Below are positions 7,740 through 18,693 of a stretch of DNA of 64,000 nucleotides, in pieces. The notes below the pieces were generated by a model, which was not told the DNA's origin, ran no database searches, and worked only from the letters and a program-made list of their open reading frames with translations. The first letter of the stretch is position 1. Each line of letters opens with the position of its first letter. This DNA comes from Spirochaetia bacterium (GTDB lineage: Bacteria > Spirochaetota > Spirochaetia > DSM-2461): NCBI GenBank assembly GCA_963668315.1, contig OY764216.1, positions 4,544,001 through 4,608,000 on the forward strand, in the 5' to 3' direction. The translations under genes and the position numbers were made by a program.

Positions 7740-8730
7740 ATTCTGGAAAATTCTGAGCTATAACCCCAACCAGTTTATGGGGTTGATAAAGTTCCTCTAA
7801 ATACAGGATCTCTTCTCTGGTCAGTTTCAAATCAGCTGCCCGAACCGCTCCCTCAATATGATAAAGTTTAGTTGCTCCCACCACAGGAGAAGTTACCTTG
7901 GACAACAACCAAGAAAGAGAAATTTCCGTCATGGATACTCCTCTTTTCTCAGCCAATTCCGCCACCCGTTCAATGACGACTAGATCTTGGACGACTGTAC
8001 GGTCATATTTAGATTTGGCATAGGCATCCTGCTCTAATCTTTGAGAAGTCTCTCCGGGATGCTTTGCCAGCCTGCCTCCGGCCAGAGCGCTGTAGGGTGT
8101 CAGGGCGATGTTATCTTCCCGGCATAAGGGAACCATCTCCCTCTCCTCCTCACGAAAGAGAAGATTGTAATGTCCCTGAATGGAAATGAACTTTGAAAAA
8201 CTTTCCTTCTCCGCCAGAGCATTGGCCTTGGCCAGTTGCCAGGCAAAACAGTTGGAAATCCCGATATAGCGCGCCTTTCCTGCTTTAACGATACGGTTCA
8301 GCCCATCCATTATTTCATAGAGAGGCGTCTGGTAGTCCCACATGTGATAGATATAGAGGTCTACATAATCCATTCCCAGATGGGACAGACTCTGATCTAT
8401 CATATTTTCGATATGTTGCTGGCCGCTGATTCCAGAAGCTATCTCCTCTTGAGTTCTCGGGAGGAATTTGGTCGCTATAACAATTTCGTCCCTTTCTGCG
8501 AAGTCCCTTATAGCCCGTCCCAGGAACTGTTCGCTGGTTCCGCCTTGATAGGCGATGGCCGTATCGTAAAAATTGACTCCCAGCTCCAGGCCTTTCTTAA
8601 TAATTTCACGGGAAGGTTCTTCATCGAGAGTCCAGCTGTGCATTCCGCTTGCAGCTTTACCGAACCCCATGCATCCCATACAGATCCTTGAGACATTCAA
8701 ATCAGAACTTCCTAATTTTATCAGTTCCAT
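7738..8730 (-). CDS. Aldo/keto reductase
   Basis: GCMGFG, DTAIAY, DLYIYH and PYSALAGG motifs. Confidence 0.95.
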   Translation of the reverse strand: MELIKLGSSDLNVSRICMGCMGFGKAASGMHSWTLDEEPSREIIKKGLELGVNFYDTAIAYQGGTSEQFLGRAIRDFAERDEIVIATKFLPRTQEEIASGISGQQHIENMIDQSLSHLGMDYVDLYIYHMWDYQTPLYEIMDGLNRIVKAGKARYIGISNCFAWQLAKANALAEKESFSKFISIQGHYNLLFREEEREMVPLCREDNIALTPYSALAGGRLAKHPGETSQRLEQDAYAKSKYDRTVVQDLVVIERVAELAEKRGVSMTEISLSWLLSKVTSPVVGATKLYHIEGAVRAADLKLTREEILYLEELYQPHKLVGVIAQNFPE

Positions 8731-8747
8731 ATACCAGACTTCCTTCT

Positions 8748-10106
8748 TTATTCTCGCTCTACAGACTTATCTTTTCCAAACATGTAGTCATTCTTTCTAT
8801 AGGCCAGGGCTAACTGGGTTGTCATAACAATCCATATGACCGGCTCGCATATAATGACACCGAAATATCCCATTCGGGGAATAAGCAGGATTACAAATAC
8901 CGTCTTAAGAACCAGTTCGATCACACTGGATATTAGGGGAAGGATTTTCTCACCCAAACCCTGAAGGGTATGTCTCAGGACAAACAGAACACCCGCTATC
9001 AGATAGAAGGGAGCGTTCCATAGAAGATACCGTCTTCCTGTGCTAATAACTATCTCATTTTCCGATCCTGTCACCATCCGGATAAGCAGCGAAGCGGTAA
9101 GCATAACGACAGCTGTAAGAATAAGTCCTACAAAGCTGACCATTTTCCGGCCAAAACGGACGCCTTCCAGAATCCTCTCTCTATTATCGGCTCCCCTGTT
9201 CTGCGAAACAAAGGTACTGACTGCGACAGTGAGTGTCCCCATGGGCATCAGGAAAAGACCGGTTAACCGTCTCGCCGCCGTATGTCCGGCGATAGTCAGA
9301 TACCCCATACCGTTGATAGCATATTGCAGTACGATGGATGCCATGAAGACAATGGATGACATGAGAGCCATGGAGAGCCCCTGGCCAAAAAGATCATGAT
9401 AGAGGGGGCGGTCAAGACGGAAGTGTTTCCTTTCGGGAATAAGAATCCCCAGACGGCGGATTAGGAATGCGATAGACAGTATCACTGAAGTACTCTGGGC
9501 CAGTACTGTAGCGATAGCGACTCCTTTCATTCCCATCCCCAGAACGACGACGAAGAATAGATCCAGTAGTATGTTTAATAGAGAGGCTATGACAAGAAAA
9601 ACCAAAGGCATGAGACTATTACCCGAAGCCCGGTACAGTCCGGCCAGCAGGTTATACATGAAGGTAACGCCGATGCACATGGAAATGATAATAATGTAGT
9701 CATAGGCTTCCTGAATAATCTCAGCTGGCGTACGAAGCAGTTCCAATAGATCGTAGATAAAGAACCAGGACAGGAGCATAAGAACGGCGATGACAAGGCC
9801 GCCGATGACCAGACTCCCCGCCACAGAACGTTTTAGCAGATCCCTGTCCATAGAACCGTAGCATCTCGCTGTAACAACAGACAACCCGTTTCCGAATCCC
9901 TGGGAAACACCGATGATCACCTGGTAAATAGCCATACTCGCTCCTATGGCAGCCAGGGATTTGTCCCCGAGAAAGTGGCCGATAATGACCGTATCCACGG
10001 TGTTGTACAGCTGTTGAAAGATTCCCGAGATTAGAATAGGCAGGGCAAAGGAAACCAGGGCCTTGGGGATATTGTCTGTTAACAGATTTACGTTCAGCGT
10101 TTTCAT
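8748..10106 (-). CDS. MATE efflux transporter
   Basis: QQLYNTVDT...NILLDLFF; 12-TM hydrophobic pattern. Confidence 0.93.
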   Translation of the reverse strand: MKTLNVNLLTDNIPKALVSFALPILISGIFQQLYNTVDTVIIGHFLGDKSLAAIGASMAIYQVIIGVSQGFGNGLSVVTARCYGSMDRDLLKRSVAGSLVIGGLVIAVLMLLSWFFIYDLLELLRTPAEIIQEAYDYIIIISMCIGVTFMYNLLAGLYRASGNSLMPLVFLVIASLLNILLDLFFVVVLGMGMKGVAIATVLAQSTSVILSIAFLIRRLGILIPERKHFRLDRPLYHDLFGQGLSMALMSSIVFMASIVLQYAINGMGYLTIAGHTAARRLTGLFLMPMGTLTVAVSTFVSQNRGADNRERILEGVRFGRKMVSFVGLILTAVVMLTASLLIRMVTGSENEIVISTGRRYLLWNAPFYLIAGVLFVLRHTLQGLGEKILPLISSVIELVLKTVFVILLIPRMGYFGVIICEPVIWIVMTTQLALAYRKNDYMFGKDKSVERE

Positions 10107-10108
10107 TA

Positions 10109-10741
10109 TCAGCGAATAAAGTTTGTGAAAGTGATCTCTTCCTTTTCAGGATATTCGACTCCCGCTTTTAATCCGGCGTCTTTGCACTTCAGAAAAAAGG
10201 CCATATTACGCCCCAGGATTCTCATCGTCTGCAAACCTTCTAGATCCTGAAGTACATCCTCCGGCTTCGCCCCATGCACCATATTCCAGTACCGGGATGA
10301 GATAACAGGCATTTGAGAGATAGTGAAATACTTGTTCATCTGATCAAAGGTCGCGGTCGTTCCGGCTCTCCTGGAAGAGATAACAGCCGCAGCCGGTTTG
10401 AGAGAAAAATAATCTTTCCCCGATCGGGAAATGGTATAGAAGGCTCTATCCATAAATGACGTTATCGCTCCGCTTGCTGCGGCATAATGCACAGGTGTCC
10501 CGAATACGTACCCGTCAAAGTCACCGGCTATCTCTACAAATTCATTTACCCGGTCATCGAAAACACAACGCCCCAGATCAGAACATTTCCTGCATCCCGT
10601 ACAGCCGATGATAGGTTTCGTTCCTATATGGAAGATTTCCGTTTCAATCCCTTCCTTGTTCAGGGTTCCTGCTACTTCGTTCAAAGCAGTATAAGTGCAT
10701 CCCTTTGCATGAGGACTTCCATTAACCAATAATACTTTCAT
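10109..10741 (-). CDS. Flavodoxin-family / iron-sulfur flavoprotein (NADPH-dependent FMN reductase-like)
   Basis: NGSPH, CxxCxxC...C and GTPVHY motifs. Confidence 0.9.
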   Translation of the reverse strand: MKVLLVNGSPHAKGCTYTALNEVAGTLNKEGIETEIFHIGTKPIIGCTGCRKCSDLGRCVFDDRVNEFVEIAGDFDGYVFGTPVHYAAASGAITSFMDRAFYTISRSGKDYFSLKPAAAVISSRRAGTTATFDQMNKYFTISQMPVISSRYWNMVHGAKPEDVLQDLEGLQTMRILGRNMAFFLKCKDAGLKAGVEYPEKEEITFTNFIR

Positions 10742-11207
10742 AACTCCTCCCTATCCAATCTCGGATATCGGACTCAAGATTTCTCCCGCCGTCACCATAC
10801 AAAACAAGTCCCTCTGCCATTTCCGAATGGGGGCAGAACGTCCTGATATCACGGAGTAGACGCCCTTCACCCCCGCCTCCGTGTGTACAGAAGGGAAATA
10901 TTTTCTTTCCAGCCAGATCAACACGGGAAAGGAACGTATGCAAAGGAGGAGCCATTGTCCCCCACCAGATAGGAGTCCCGAAAAAAATGTTCTCATAACC
11001 ATCCAGTTGATCGGGGTAACTCTTGATCTCCGGCAAAAAACCTGACTGAATCTCCTTCTTTGCCTGATCTGTACAGGCACTATACTTTTGAGGATAAGCG
11101 TTGACAGGCTGGATTTCCAGTAATTCTCCGCCTGCCATTCCCTGAATGGTTTCGGCTATCCTCTCCGTATTACCCGACCAGGTATAAAACACAATTAGAT
11201 TGCTCAT
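10722..11207 (-). CDS. Flavodoxin
   Basis: YTWSGNTERIA, TPIWWG and FCTHGGGG motifs. Confidence 0.9.
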   Translation of the reverse strand: MSNLIVFYTWSGNTERIAETIQGMAGGELLEIQPVNAYPQKYSACTDQAKKEIQSGFLPEIKSYPDQLDGYENIFFGTPIWWGTMAPPLHTFLSRVDLAGKKIFPFCTHGGGGEGRLLRDIRTFCPHSEMAEGLVLYGDGGRNLESDIRDWIGRSYESIIG

Positions 11208-11227
11208 GATAGCTCTCCTCAAAATAC

Positions 11228-12349
11228 CTAACTTAACAGTGTCTCGGTAATCTTCTGCAGTTCGTCACGGATGGCAATATGCTGGGGGCAGGCCTTCTCG
11301 CAGAGACCGCATTTAATACATTCAGCTGCGCTTTTCTTGCCGTGCCCTCCGACGAGCCAGCCTTCCTGCCCCTTCGCAGCTACCTTATTCCCATACAGAG
11401 TCAGACTGTTCATGGCGGTAAACGAGCCGGAGATCCCGATATTCTCCGGGCAGACTTTCGCGCAGTAATCACAGGTCGTACAGGGAATCAGGGGAATACG
11501 GTTCAGAGCTTCACAGGCCTTATCGATTGTCTTTTGCTCATCCCTATTGAGAGTGGAGAACTCTTTCATATAGGATAGGTTGTCTTCCATCTGCTCCCTG
11601 TTGCTCATGCCGGATAAAACGGTTATGACACCCTCAAGGCTTGCCGCGAACCGGATCGCCCACGAGGCATAGGAAGCATTGGGATCTGCTTTTCTAAAGA
11701 CCTCCGTAACAGATTCGGGAGGATTGGCCAGCATCCCGCCCTTCACCGGCTCCATGATGATGACAGGCATATTATATTTCCTGGCCACCTCATAACAGGC
11801 TCTGGATTGGATCGCCGGATTCTCCCAGTCCCCGTAATTGATCTGCAATTGCACGAATTCCATCTCGGGATGGTTAATCAGGATCTCTTCCAGTTCCTCC
11901 GGTGTGGAATGAAAAGAGAAGCCTACATGCTTAATCAATCCTTCTTTTTTCTTCTCCTGAACGAAAGACCACATATCGAAATTATCAAAGAACTTTGTCC
12001 GCGATTCTCCCAGATTATGAAGCAGGTAGTAATCAAAATACCCGGCGCCTGTCTGCTGAAGAGAAGTCTCAAACTGATCAATGGCTTCCTCTCTCGTCTT
12101 ACAATTGATCCAGGCTGCATTCTTTGTCGCCAGCTGGAACTTTTCCCGGGGATACCGTTCCACCAGAGCCTGCCTGATGGCATCCTCGCTTCCGGGATAG
12201 GCCCAGGCCGTATCAAAATAGGTAAAACCTGCATCAAGAAAACGGTCTACCATCTCTTCCACATGAGGGATGTCTATCACTTCATTCTCTTTGGGGAGAC
12301 GCATTAACCCGAATCCCAGTTTCTTGATTTCTTCTCCTAAAAATGCCAT
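11228..12349 (-). CDS. Aldo/keto reductase with C-terminal 4Fe-4S dicluster
   Basis: GFGLMRLP, DTAWAY, CTTCDYC...CP and CIKCGLCEKACP motifs. Confidence 0.93.
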   Translation of the reverse strand: MAFLGEEIKKLGFGLMRLPKENEVIDIPHVEEMVDRFLDAGFTYFDTAWAYPGSEDAIRQALVERYPREKFQLATKNAAWINCKTREEAIDQFETSLQQTGAGYFDYYLLHNLGESRTKFFDNFDMWSFVQEKKKEGLIKHVGFSFHSTPEELEEILINHPEMEFVQLQINYGDWENPAIQSRACYEVARKYNMPVIIMEPVKGGMLANPPESVTEVFRKADPNASYASWAIRFAASLEGVITVLSGMSNREQMEDNLSYMKEFSTLNRDEQKTIDKACEALNRIPLIPCTTCDYCAKVCPENIGISGSFTAMNSLTLYGNKVAAKGQEGWLVGGHGKKSAAECIKCGLCEKACPQHIAIRDELQKITETLLS

Positions 12350-12358
12350 TATCGCTCC

Positions 12359-13396
<1,038 letters not shown>

Positions 13397-13593
13397 TCAA
13401 CATCTGATTTATCATTATCTGTAAGCTTACCATAATTTACCTTCCTCATTTGGTATGACTTAATGATAGCTGAGCATTTACCAGAAGAAAATGTACGATC
13501 CGATTTATAAATTGCCTATTTGTCCAAACCGATATTAGAATTACTTATTTTTTTCATAAAATAGTGCATAATATAAGTAGGAAGGATAATTAT

Positions 13594-14475
13594 ATGAATC
13601 AGAAGATAGAATTAATGAAATCCCTGTTACTGGAGTATCTCCCCTGTGATCAGCACAAAGACATAGATATAGAAGGCGTTGCGCTGGTAAGAAGGGATAC
13701 CTCGTTTGAAGCCAGGCCGGCTATCTATAAACCGGAAATTATTTTCGTCGCCCAGGGACAGAAACATACTTTACTGGGAGATAAGGTTTACACCTATGAT
13801 TCGGAAAATTACTTTGTCCTTACCGTTCCGATGCCGGTCATTTGCGAAGCGGTGATTGAAGAAGGGAGGCCCCTGCTGGGGATGGTATTGCGAATTGATC
13901 CCCAGGTCATCGGAGAGATCCTTTTTGAAATGGAAATCGCTCCCCCGCCGAAAAACCAGGTAAACCATGGTATCTATCAGGCTAAAATGTCCGATAATAT
14001 TCTGGATTCCCTCATAAGACTGCTGGAAGCCCTCAGATCAAAGAACGAAACAAAAATCCTCGGTCCCAATTACGTAAAGGAGATTCTGTTCAAAGTCCTC
14101 ACGGGAGAGCATGGAGAGATTCTCAGAGACCTGGCCTATAACAACAGGAACCTGTATCAGATTTCACGCGTAATCAGCAAAATTCATGAGGAGTATTCCC
14201 AGCCCATAGAGATACAGACCCTGGCTCAGGAAGCAGGGATGAGCACATCTTCTTTCCATACCAATTTCCGAGCTATTACCAGTTCGTCCCCTCTCCAATA
14301 CATCAAAAATATCAGACTACATAAGGCGAAGGAAATAATTCAACAGGAGGGGGAGAAGGCCTACGCAGCGGCGATGCGGGTAGGCTATGAAAGCTCCTCC
14401 CAATTCAACAGAGAGTATAAGAGGCTCTTTGGTGTGACACCGGCAAAGGATACAGTAGAGAGCCAGAATGTTTAG
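13594..14475 (+). CDS. AraC-family regulator (YqhC-like, AraC_N domain)
   Basis: C-terminal double HTH, VGYESSSQFNREYKRLFG; divergent from the reductase cluster. Confidence 0.92.
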   Translation: MNQKIELMKSLLLEYLPCDQHKDIDIEGVALVRRDTSFEARPAIYKPEIIFVAQGQKHTLLGDKVYTYDSENYFVLTVPMPVICEAVIEEGRPLLGMVLRIDPQVIGEILFEMEIAPPPKNQVNHGIYQAKMSDNILDSLIRLLEALRSKNETKILGPNYVKEILFKVLTGEHGEILRDLAYNNRNLYQISRVISKIHEEYSQPIEIQTLAQEAGMSTSSFHTNFRAITSSSPLQYIKNIRLHKAKEIIQQEGEKAYAAAMRVGYESSSQFNREYKRLFGVTPAKDTVESQNV

Positions 14476-15335
14476 CGTATAAGAGCGCTTCCACGCTCAA
14501 TAAGGCAGCGGGTCAAATCCTTCATATCCTCTGTTTCCATATTCCAGTGATGCCAGAAAAGGTCTACATCAATACGAAAATCTGCGATTTCTCTTAAACT
14601 TCCTCCCAAATATAAAGCACATTGCATTAGTGGTATCGCCCCATATGCTTTACCCCGGAGAATCATATTCAGGAACTGCTCCGGAGAGGGTATGTAATGA
14701 ACCGGAAAAGAAAATTCCCCATCGGGAAAAATCCTTTTGAGGAACCGTTCGTGAAGCTGGTCATCCCTGTTGAAGATGACGGCAGGAGCGTATTTCACTG
14801 TTTCTTTGTCTAATCCCCGGGGGAACCAATTATCCTGAAAAGAAGGAGTGCAGATAAGACAATACTCCATCATACCCAATCTTTTTACTCCGCAGCCCTG
14901 GAGAGGGCGACTATCAGATCCAATACAACCGGAAACTTCACCTTTTCTGAGCATTTCTCTGGTCTTGTCCTGATCATCGACCTTCAGATCCAGGAAGCGC
15001 CCTTTCTTCTCCAGATACGGCTCAATCCCATCAAGAAACCAGGTAGCCAGACTGTCCGCATTAATCCCCACTTTCATTGTCCGGACAATTTCTCCTCCGT
15101 CCATTTCTGCCTCAAGCATCCTCACCTTTCGGAGATGCTTAATCAATTCCCTACCTCTAGCCGTTGGCACGGGTGGCGTACTCCGGGAGAGGAGTATTTG
15201 CCCTTCCTGATCTTCCAGCGTCTTAATTCTCTGGGAGACCGCCGATTGGGTCAGAAACAAAGCCTCGCCCCCTCTTTCGAATCCGCCCTGATCGCAGACG
15301 GCAGCGAGGGCTTCCAGCAAACGGTAATCGTACAT
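14472..15335 (-). CDS. argP: LysR-family regulator, ArgP/LysG type
   Basis: TQSAVSQRIK and INADSLATWF motifs; divergent from a LysE-family gene. Confidence 0.88.
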   Translation of the reverse strand: MYDYRLLEALAAVCDQGGFERGGEALFLTQSAVSQRIKTLEDQEGQILLSRSTPPVPTARGRELIKHLRKVRMLEAEMDGGEIVRTMKVGINADSLATWFLDGIEPYLEKKGRFLDLKVDDQDKTREMLRKGEVSGCIGSDSRPLQGCGVKRLGMMEYCLICTPSFQDNWFPRGLDKETVKYAPAVIFNRDDQLHERFLKRIFPDGEFSFPVHYIPSPEQFLNMILRGKAYGAIPLMQCALYLGGSLREIADFRIDVDLFWHHWNMETEDMKDLTRCLIERGSALIR

Positions 15336-15343
15336 ACACATAT

Positions 15344-15387
15344 ATTAGCATTGCTAATGATATATGAATAGAATTAATTGTACTAAT
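15344..15387. promoter_or_regulatory. LysR (ArgP/LysG) operator sites
   Basis: Palindrome ATTAGCA-T-TGCTAAT (T-N11-A) at 15344-15358; weaker attaattgtactaat at 15373-15387. Confidence 0.65.
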
Positions 15388-15413
15388 CCTACGATTATCA
15401 CTATAGTTGAGCC

Positions 15414-16028
15414 ATGAACGCTTATCTTACCGGTTTGGCCATCAGTGCCTCACTTATAATTGCCATCGGAGCCCAGAATGCCTTTGTTCTCACTCAAGGG
15501 ATGAGACGTCGCTATTACCTTGCCATACCTCTGGTATGCAGCCTAAGCGATGCCCTTCTTATCCTGACGGGAGTCCTGGGTGTGGGTGAAGTACTGTCAT
15601 CTCGCCCTCTTCTTACTATCATCGGGACAATGGGAGGAACTGTTTTTCTTTTTCTTTACGGGATAAATCGGTTCAGATCCTTTCAGAATCCGGTTCCGCC
15701 GCAGGAAAGGAATGACGGGCCCCAGTCTCTTCGTTCCGCCCTTCTCCTTACATTAGCCGTCACCTGGCTTAATCCCCATGTCTACCTGGATACGCTAATT
15801 CTATTGGGAGGTGTCAGCAGCCGTTATTCCGGCAGGGACAGACTGCTTTTCGGATCGGGAGCAGCGACATTGTCTTTTCTTTGGTTTTTCTCTCTGTCTC
15901 TGGGAGGAAGGCTTCTTTCTCCTCTGTTTGAAAATCCCCGTTTCGGAAAGGCCCTCGACCTAATAATGGCTCTTATTATGTGGAATCTTGCCGTCTCCCT
16001 CGGGAGTGAACTAATCGGAGGTTTCTAA
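15414..16028 (+). CDS. lysE: LysE/ArgO amino acid exporter
   Basis: IGAQNAFVL and TWLNPHVYLDT motifs. Confidence 0.92.
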   Translation: MNAYLTGLAISASLIIAIGAQNAFVLTQGMRRRYYLAIPLVCSLSDALLILTGVLGVGEVLSSRPLLTIIGTMGGTVFLFLYGINRFRSFQNPVPPQERNDGPQSLRSALLLTLAVTWLNPHVYLDTLILLGGVSSRYSGRDRLLFGSGAATLSFLWFFSLSLGGRLLSPLFENPRFGKALDLIMALIMWNLAVSLGSELIGGF

Positions 16029-16190
16029 TGAGTTCTCGAGAGATAGTTATATAACTTCTCCCTTTTCAATCATAAAAACTTCAGATGTTGCATCGCATCC
16101 TTCTATTTTCTCCGATCCCATCTCATTTTCTCGCATAAAAAAGAACGCTGCCTTTCACCACTTATATAACATATCTTCTATCTGGACTTT

Positions 16191-16895
16191 TTATGATTTT
16201 TTCTTCTGCTCAGATTCTAATATCGCAGCAAAACCATTTCGTATCATTTCCATACTTAGATGATCATCCCCCCCTTGAACAGTCACTTTTATCGCGTTCA
16301 TACCCATTTTACGCAATTCCTCATCCGTATAAACACCGATCCAGTTATATGTTCTTTTCCTAATATGCTCATTATCAATACAATAAACACCAGTATCGGG
16401 AATTATCATATTCTGATTCATGAAATAGGCTTCCAACAAGTAAGGTTCAAAAAGCACTACCTGGTTGAATGGATCGTATTTCCTCATCATAGCCGCGGAT
16501 AGAGCTAAAGCTCCCCCATGCTGAAAACCACTTAGTATGATTTTATCTGCAGAGAGATTGTATCTTCTCATAACAATGTCGACAAGATAGTTAACAAAGG
16601 ACCCGGCAGAAAGTAGAGATGCTCCCATGGACTGCTTATTTTTCAAAAAACTCTCCTCAGTACATGCATCATCCATCGGAAAGACAAACCAGTATCTTTC
16701 CTTAAGACCTCCATAAGTGGGATGACCTGACATAAGTGCAGAATTAGATAAATTCCCATCTCCCGCCCAAATATAAGCCGTTGGGAAAAGAGCTTCAATC
16801 TCTTTCAGAAAAGGGGCTATTTGCTTTGAATTAGATCCGGCAGAATGAAAATAGAATAGAGCTCGGTCGATTTCTTTTGGTATGATTTCAAACAT
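16191..16895 (-). CDS. Alpha/beta-hydrolase-fold protein (carboxylesterase-like) lacking the nucleophile Ser
   Basis: FHSAGSN...YWF...IILSGFQHGGALAL, against the canonical GFSQGG. Confidence 0.7.
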   Translation of the reverse strand: MFEIIPKEIDRALFYFHSAGSNSKQIAPFLKEIEALFPTAYIWAGDGNLSNSALMSGHPTYGGLKERYWFVFPMDDACTEESFLKNKQSMGASLLSAGSFVNYLVDIVMRRYNLSADKIILSGFQHGGALALSAAMMRKYDPFNQVVLFEPYLLEAYFMNQNMIIPDTGVYCIDNEHIRKRTYNWIGVYTDEELRKMGMNAIKVTVQGGDDHLSMEMIRNGFAAILESEQKKKS

Positions 16896-16941
16896 ATAAT
16901 CTCCATAGATAATGTATTTCCATCATGATAGAATATAAATC

Positions 16942-16960
16942 CCGACAACTAGCTGTCCGG
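16942..16960. promoter_or_regulatory. Probable WYL-regulator binding palindrome
   Basis: ccGACA-actagc-TGTCcgg, between the WYL gene end and a TATCAT -10 of the downstream gene. Confidence 0.55.
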
Positions 16961-16966
16961 TATCGA

Positions 16967-17887
16967 TTACTTATCGTAGGATTTTAGTATTTTTTTTGCT
17001 TGTTCTACTATACGCGTTCTTATATGCTCAGGAGATACTATTTTAATTCCATCACCAAGACTGAGGAGAAAAGCAAACCACAATCGCTCTTCTTCTAATA
17101 CATAAGCCGATCCTCTGAATGTTTCATCATCAACTTTTTCCAGGTCTACTACTGAAAGATACTCCTTTATAGCAGAGAGAGAAGATTTAGTGCAAAAGAA
17201 ATGAACAACTGTGCCTGTCCTAGCATTCTTTTCTATAAGATAATTAAATATTCTTGCCGGATTCCCATGATCGATTCCGGAAAATGCTTTAATTGCACGA
17301 ATCCTGTCCATCCGTATTAACTTGAATATCCTGTAGTCTTGATTCTTCTTATCATAAGCAACCATATACCAGGCATACCACCGAAACTCCAACCCTATTG
17401 GTTCAGCAACTTTACTGCTCCCCTTACCCGACCCGTTTGTATAATAAAACTCAACAGCTCCATTATTAGTAATAATCTTTCTGATAGTAACTAACGCTTC
17501 ATTTTGCTCCTTCTTCTCCCTGGCAATAGAGAAATCGACTCTTACAGGATTATTATCAATCTCTCCGTGAAGGCTCTTTATCTTTTCCAAAGTATCCGTA
17601 ATAGTTTTGTCTTCAAAGACTGTATTGAGCGATAGTAGGGACTGTTTAATGTGCTCAATGTCCTTTGCAGTTGCCGATTGTTTAGAAAAGCCGTATGTAT
17701 CCAGGATTTTATATCCTCCATAGGTTCCTCTCTCAGAAATTATAGGTATTCCCGCCATATTAATCGTATCAATATCCCTTTGGATTGTTCTCTCGGATAC
17801 TTCGAATTCTCCAGCCAATTGGGCACAGGTGGCTTTTTCTCGATTGAGAAGATATGTGACGATGGCAAGTAATCGATCAATTCTCAT
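16967..17887 (-). CDS. YafY/PafC-like HTH-WYL transcriptional regulator
   Basis: MRIDRLLAI, EVSERTIQRDI and AWYMVAY...YRIFKLIRM motifs. Confidence 0.93.
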   Translation of the reverse strand: MRIDRLLAIVTYLLNREKATCAQLAGEFEVSERTIQRDIDTINMAGIPIISERGTYGGYKILDTYGFSKQSATAKDIEHIKQSLLSLNTVFEDKTITDTLEKIKSLHGEIDNNPVRVDFSIAREKKEQNEALVTIRKIITNNGAVEFYYTNGSGKGSSKVAEPIGLEFRWYAWYMVAYDKKNQDYRIFKLIRMDRIRAIKAFSGIDHGNPARIFNYLIEKNARTGTVVHFFCTKSSLSAIKEYLSVVDLEKVDDETFRGSAYVLEEERLWFAFLLSLGDGIKIVSPEHIRTRIVEQAKKILKSYDK

Positions 17888-18045
17888 AGGAAATCATGAA
17901 TATTTTTATACTCCCTGCATAGGCAAGTAATTAGGATGAATCAGATATTTTATCATAGAAGAGATGATTAGAATAAAAAACAAATACAACAGAGAATAAA
18001 AAAAATACCAAAAAACTTAAACTATCTGGGTAGAGTTTATGAATC

Positions 18046-18693
18046 CTAAAATTTCTTCACTCCATAAATAAGAATCTTTAAATATTCTTCCATAACATCA
18101 TTAAGATCTTTTCCTTTAAACTCAAATAGCAAAGTTCCTCTTAAAAGAAATCGATGATGCATCGCCCGGACTCCATTATTTATGATATCTCCAAAAAACT
18201 GTGCGGGGATGTCTGAACGAATTGATCCGTCATTCTGCCCTTCAGTAATATACTCCTGCAATAATAAGTCTGACGCTCCCATGATGAATAATTCTTCGAA
18301 CTCTTTCCTAAATTCATCAGAAATACGTGACTCTGAATAGATCGTATCGAACTCTGAAATGAATCTGTATATTTTAACCATATCAGAAGAGAGCCAACGA
18401 AGCCTTAATAATGTCTCAACCTTCAATAAGCCGTTAGTCATCTTCTCACAAGCAGTTCTGATTCGACCTTCCAACATTTGGATATCTTCAATAAGTATCT
18501 TGAAAACAGCAAGACTCAGAAACTCTTTATCAAGAAAATACCGATAGAGAGAAGTACGACTGATATTAATCTCATCAGCGATTTCCTTCATTTTTGTTGT
18601 TTCTAGTCCTTTCTCCAAAAACATCTTTTTTGCGATATGGATAATCTTTTCACGAGTCTCTTCAACTTGATAAATCATGCGATCAGTTTTCAT
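18046..18693 (-). CDS. TetR/AcrR-family regulator
   Basis: N-terminal HTH IADEINISRTSLYRYF. Confidence 0.9.
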   Translation of the reverse strand: MKTDRMIYQVEETREKIIHIAKKMFLEKGLETTKMKEIADEINISRTSLYRYFLDKEFLSLAVFKILIEDIQMLEGRIRTACEKMTNGLLKVETLLRLRWLSSDMVKIYRFISEFDTIYSESRISDEFRKEFEELFIMGASDLLLQEYITEGQNDGSIRSDIPAQFFGDIINNGVRAMHHRFLLRGTLLFEFKGKDLNDVMEEYLKILIYGVKKF

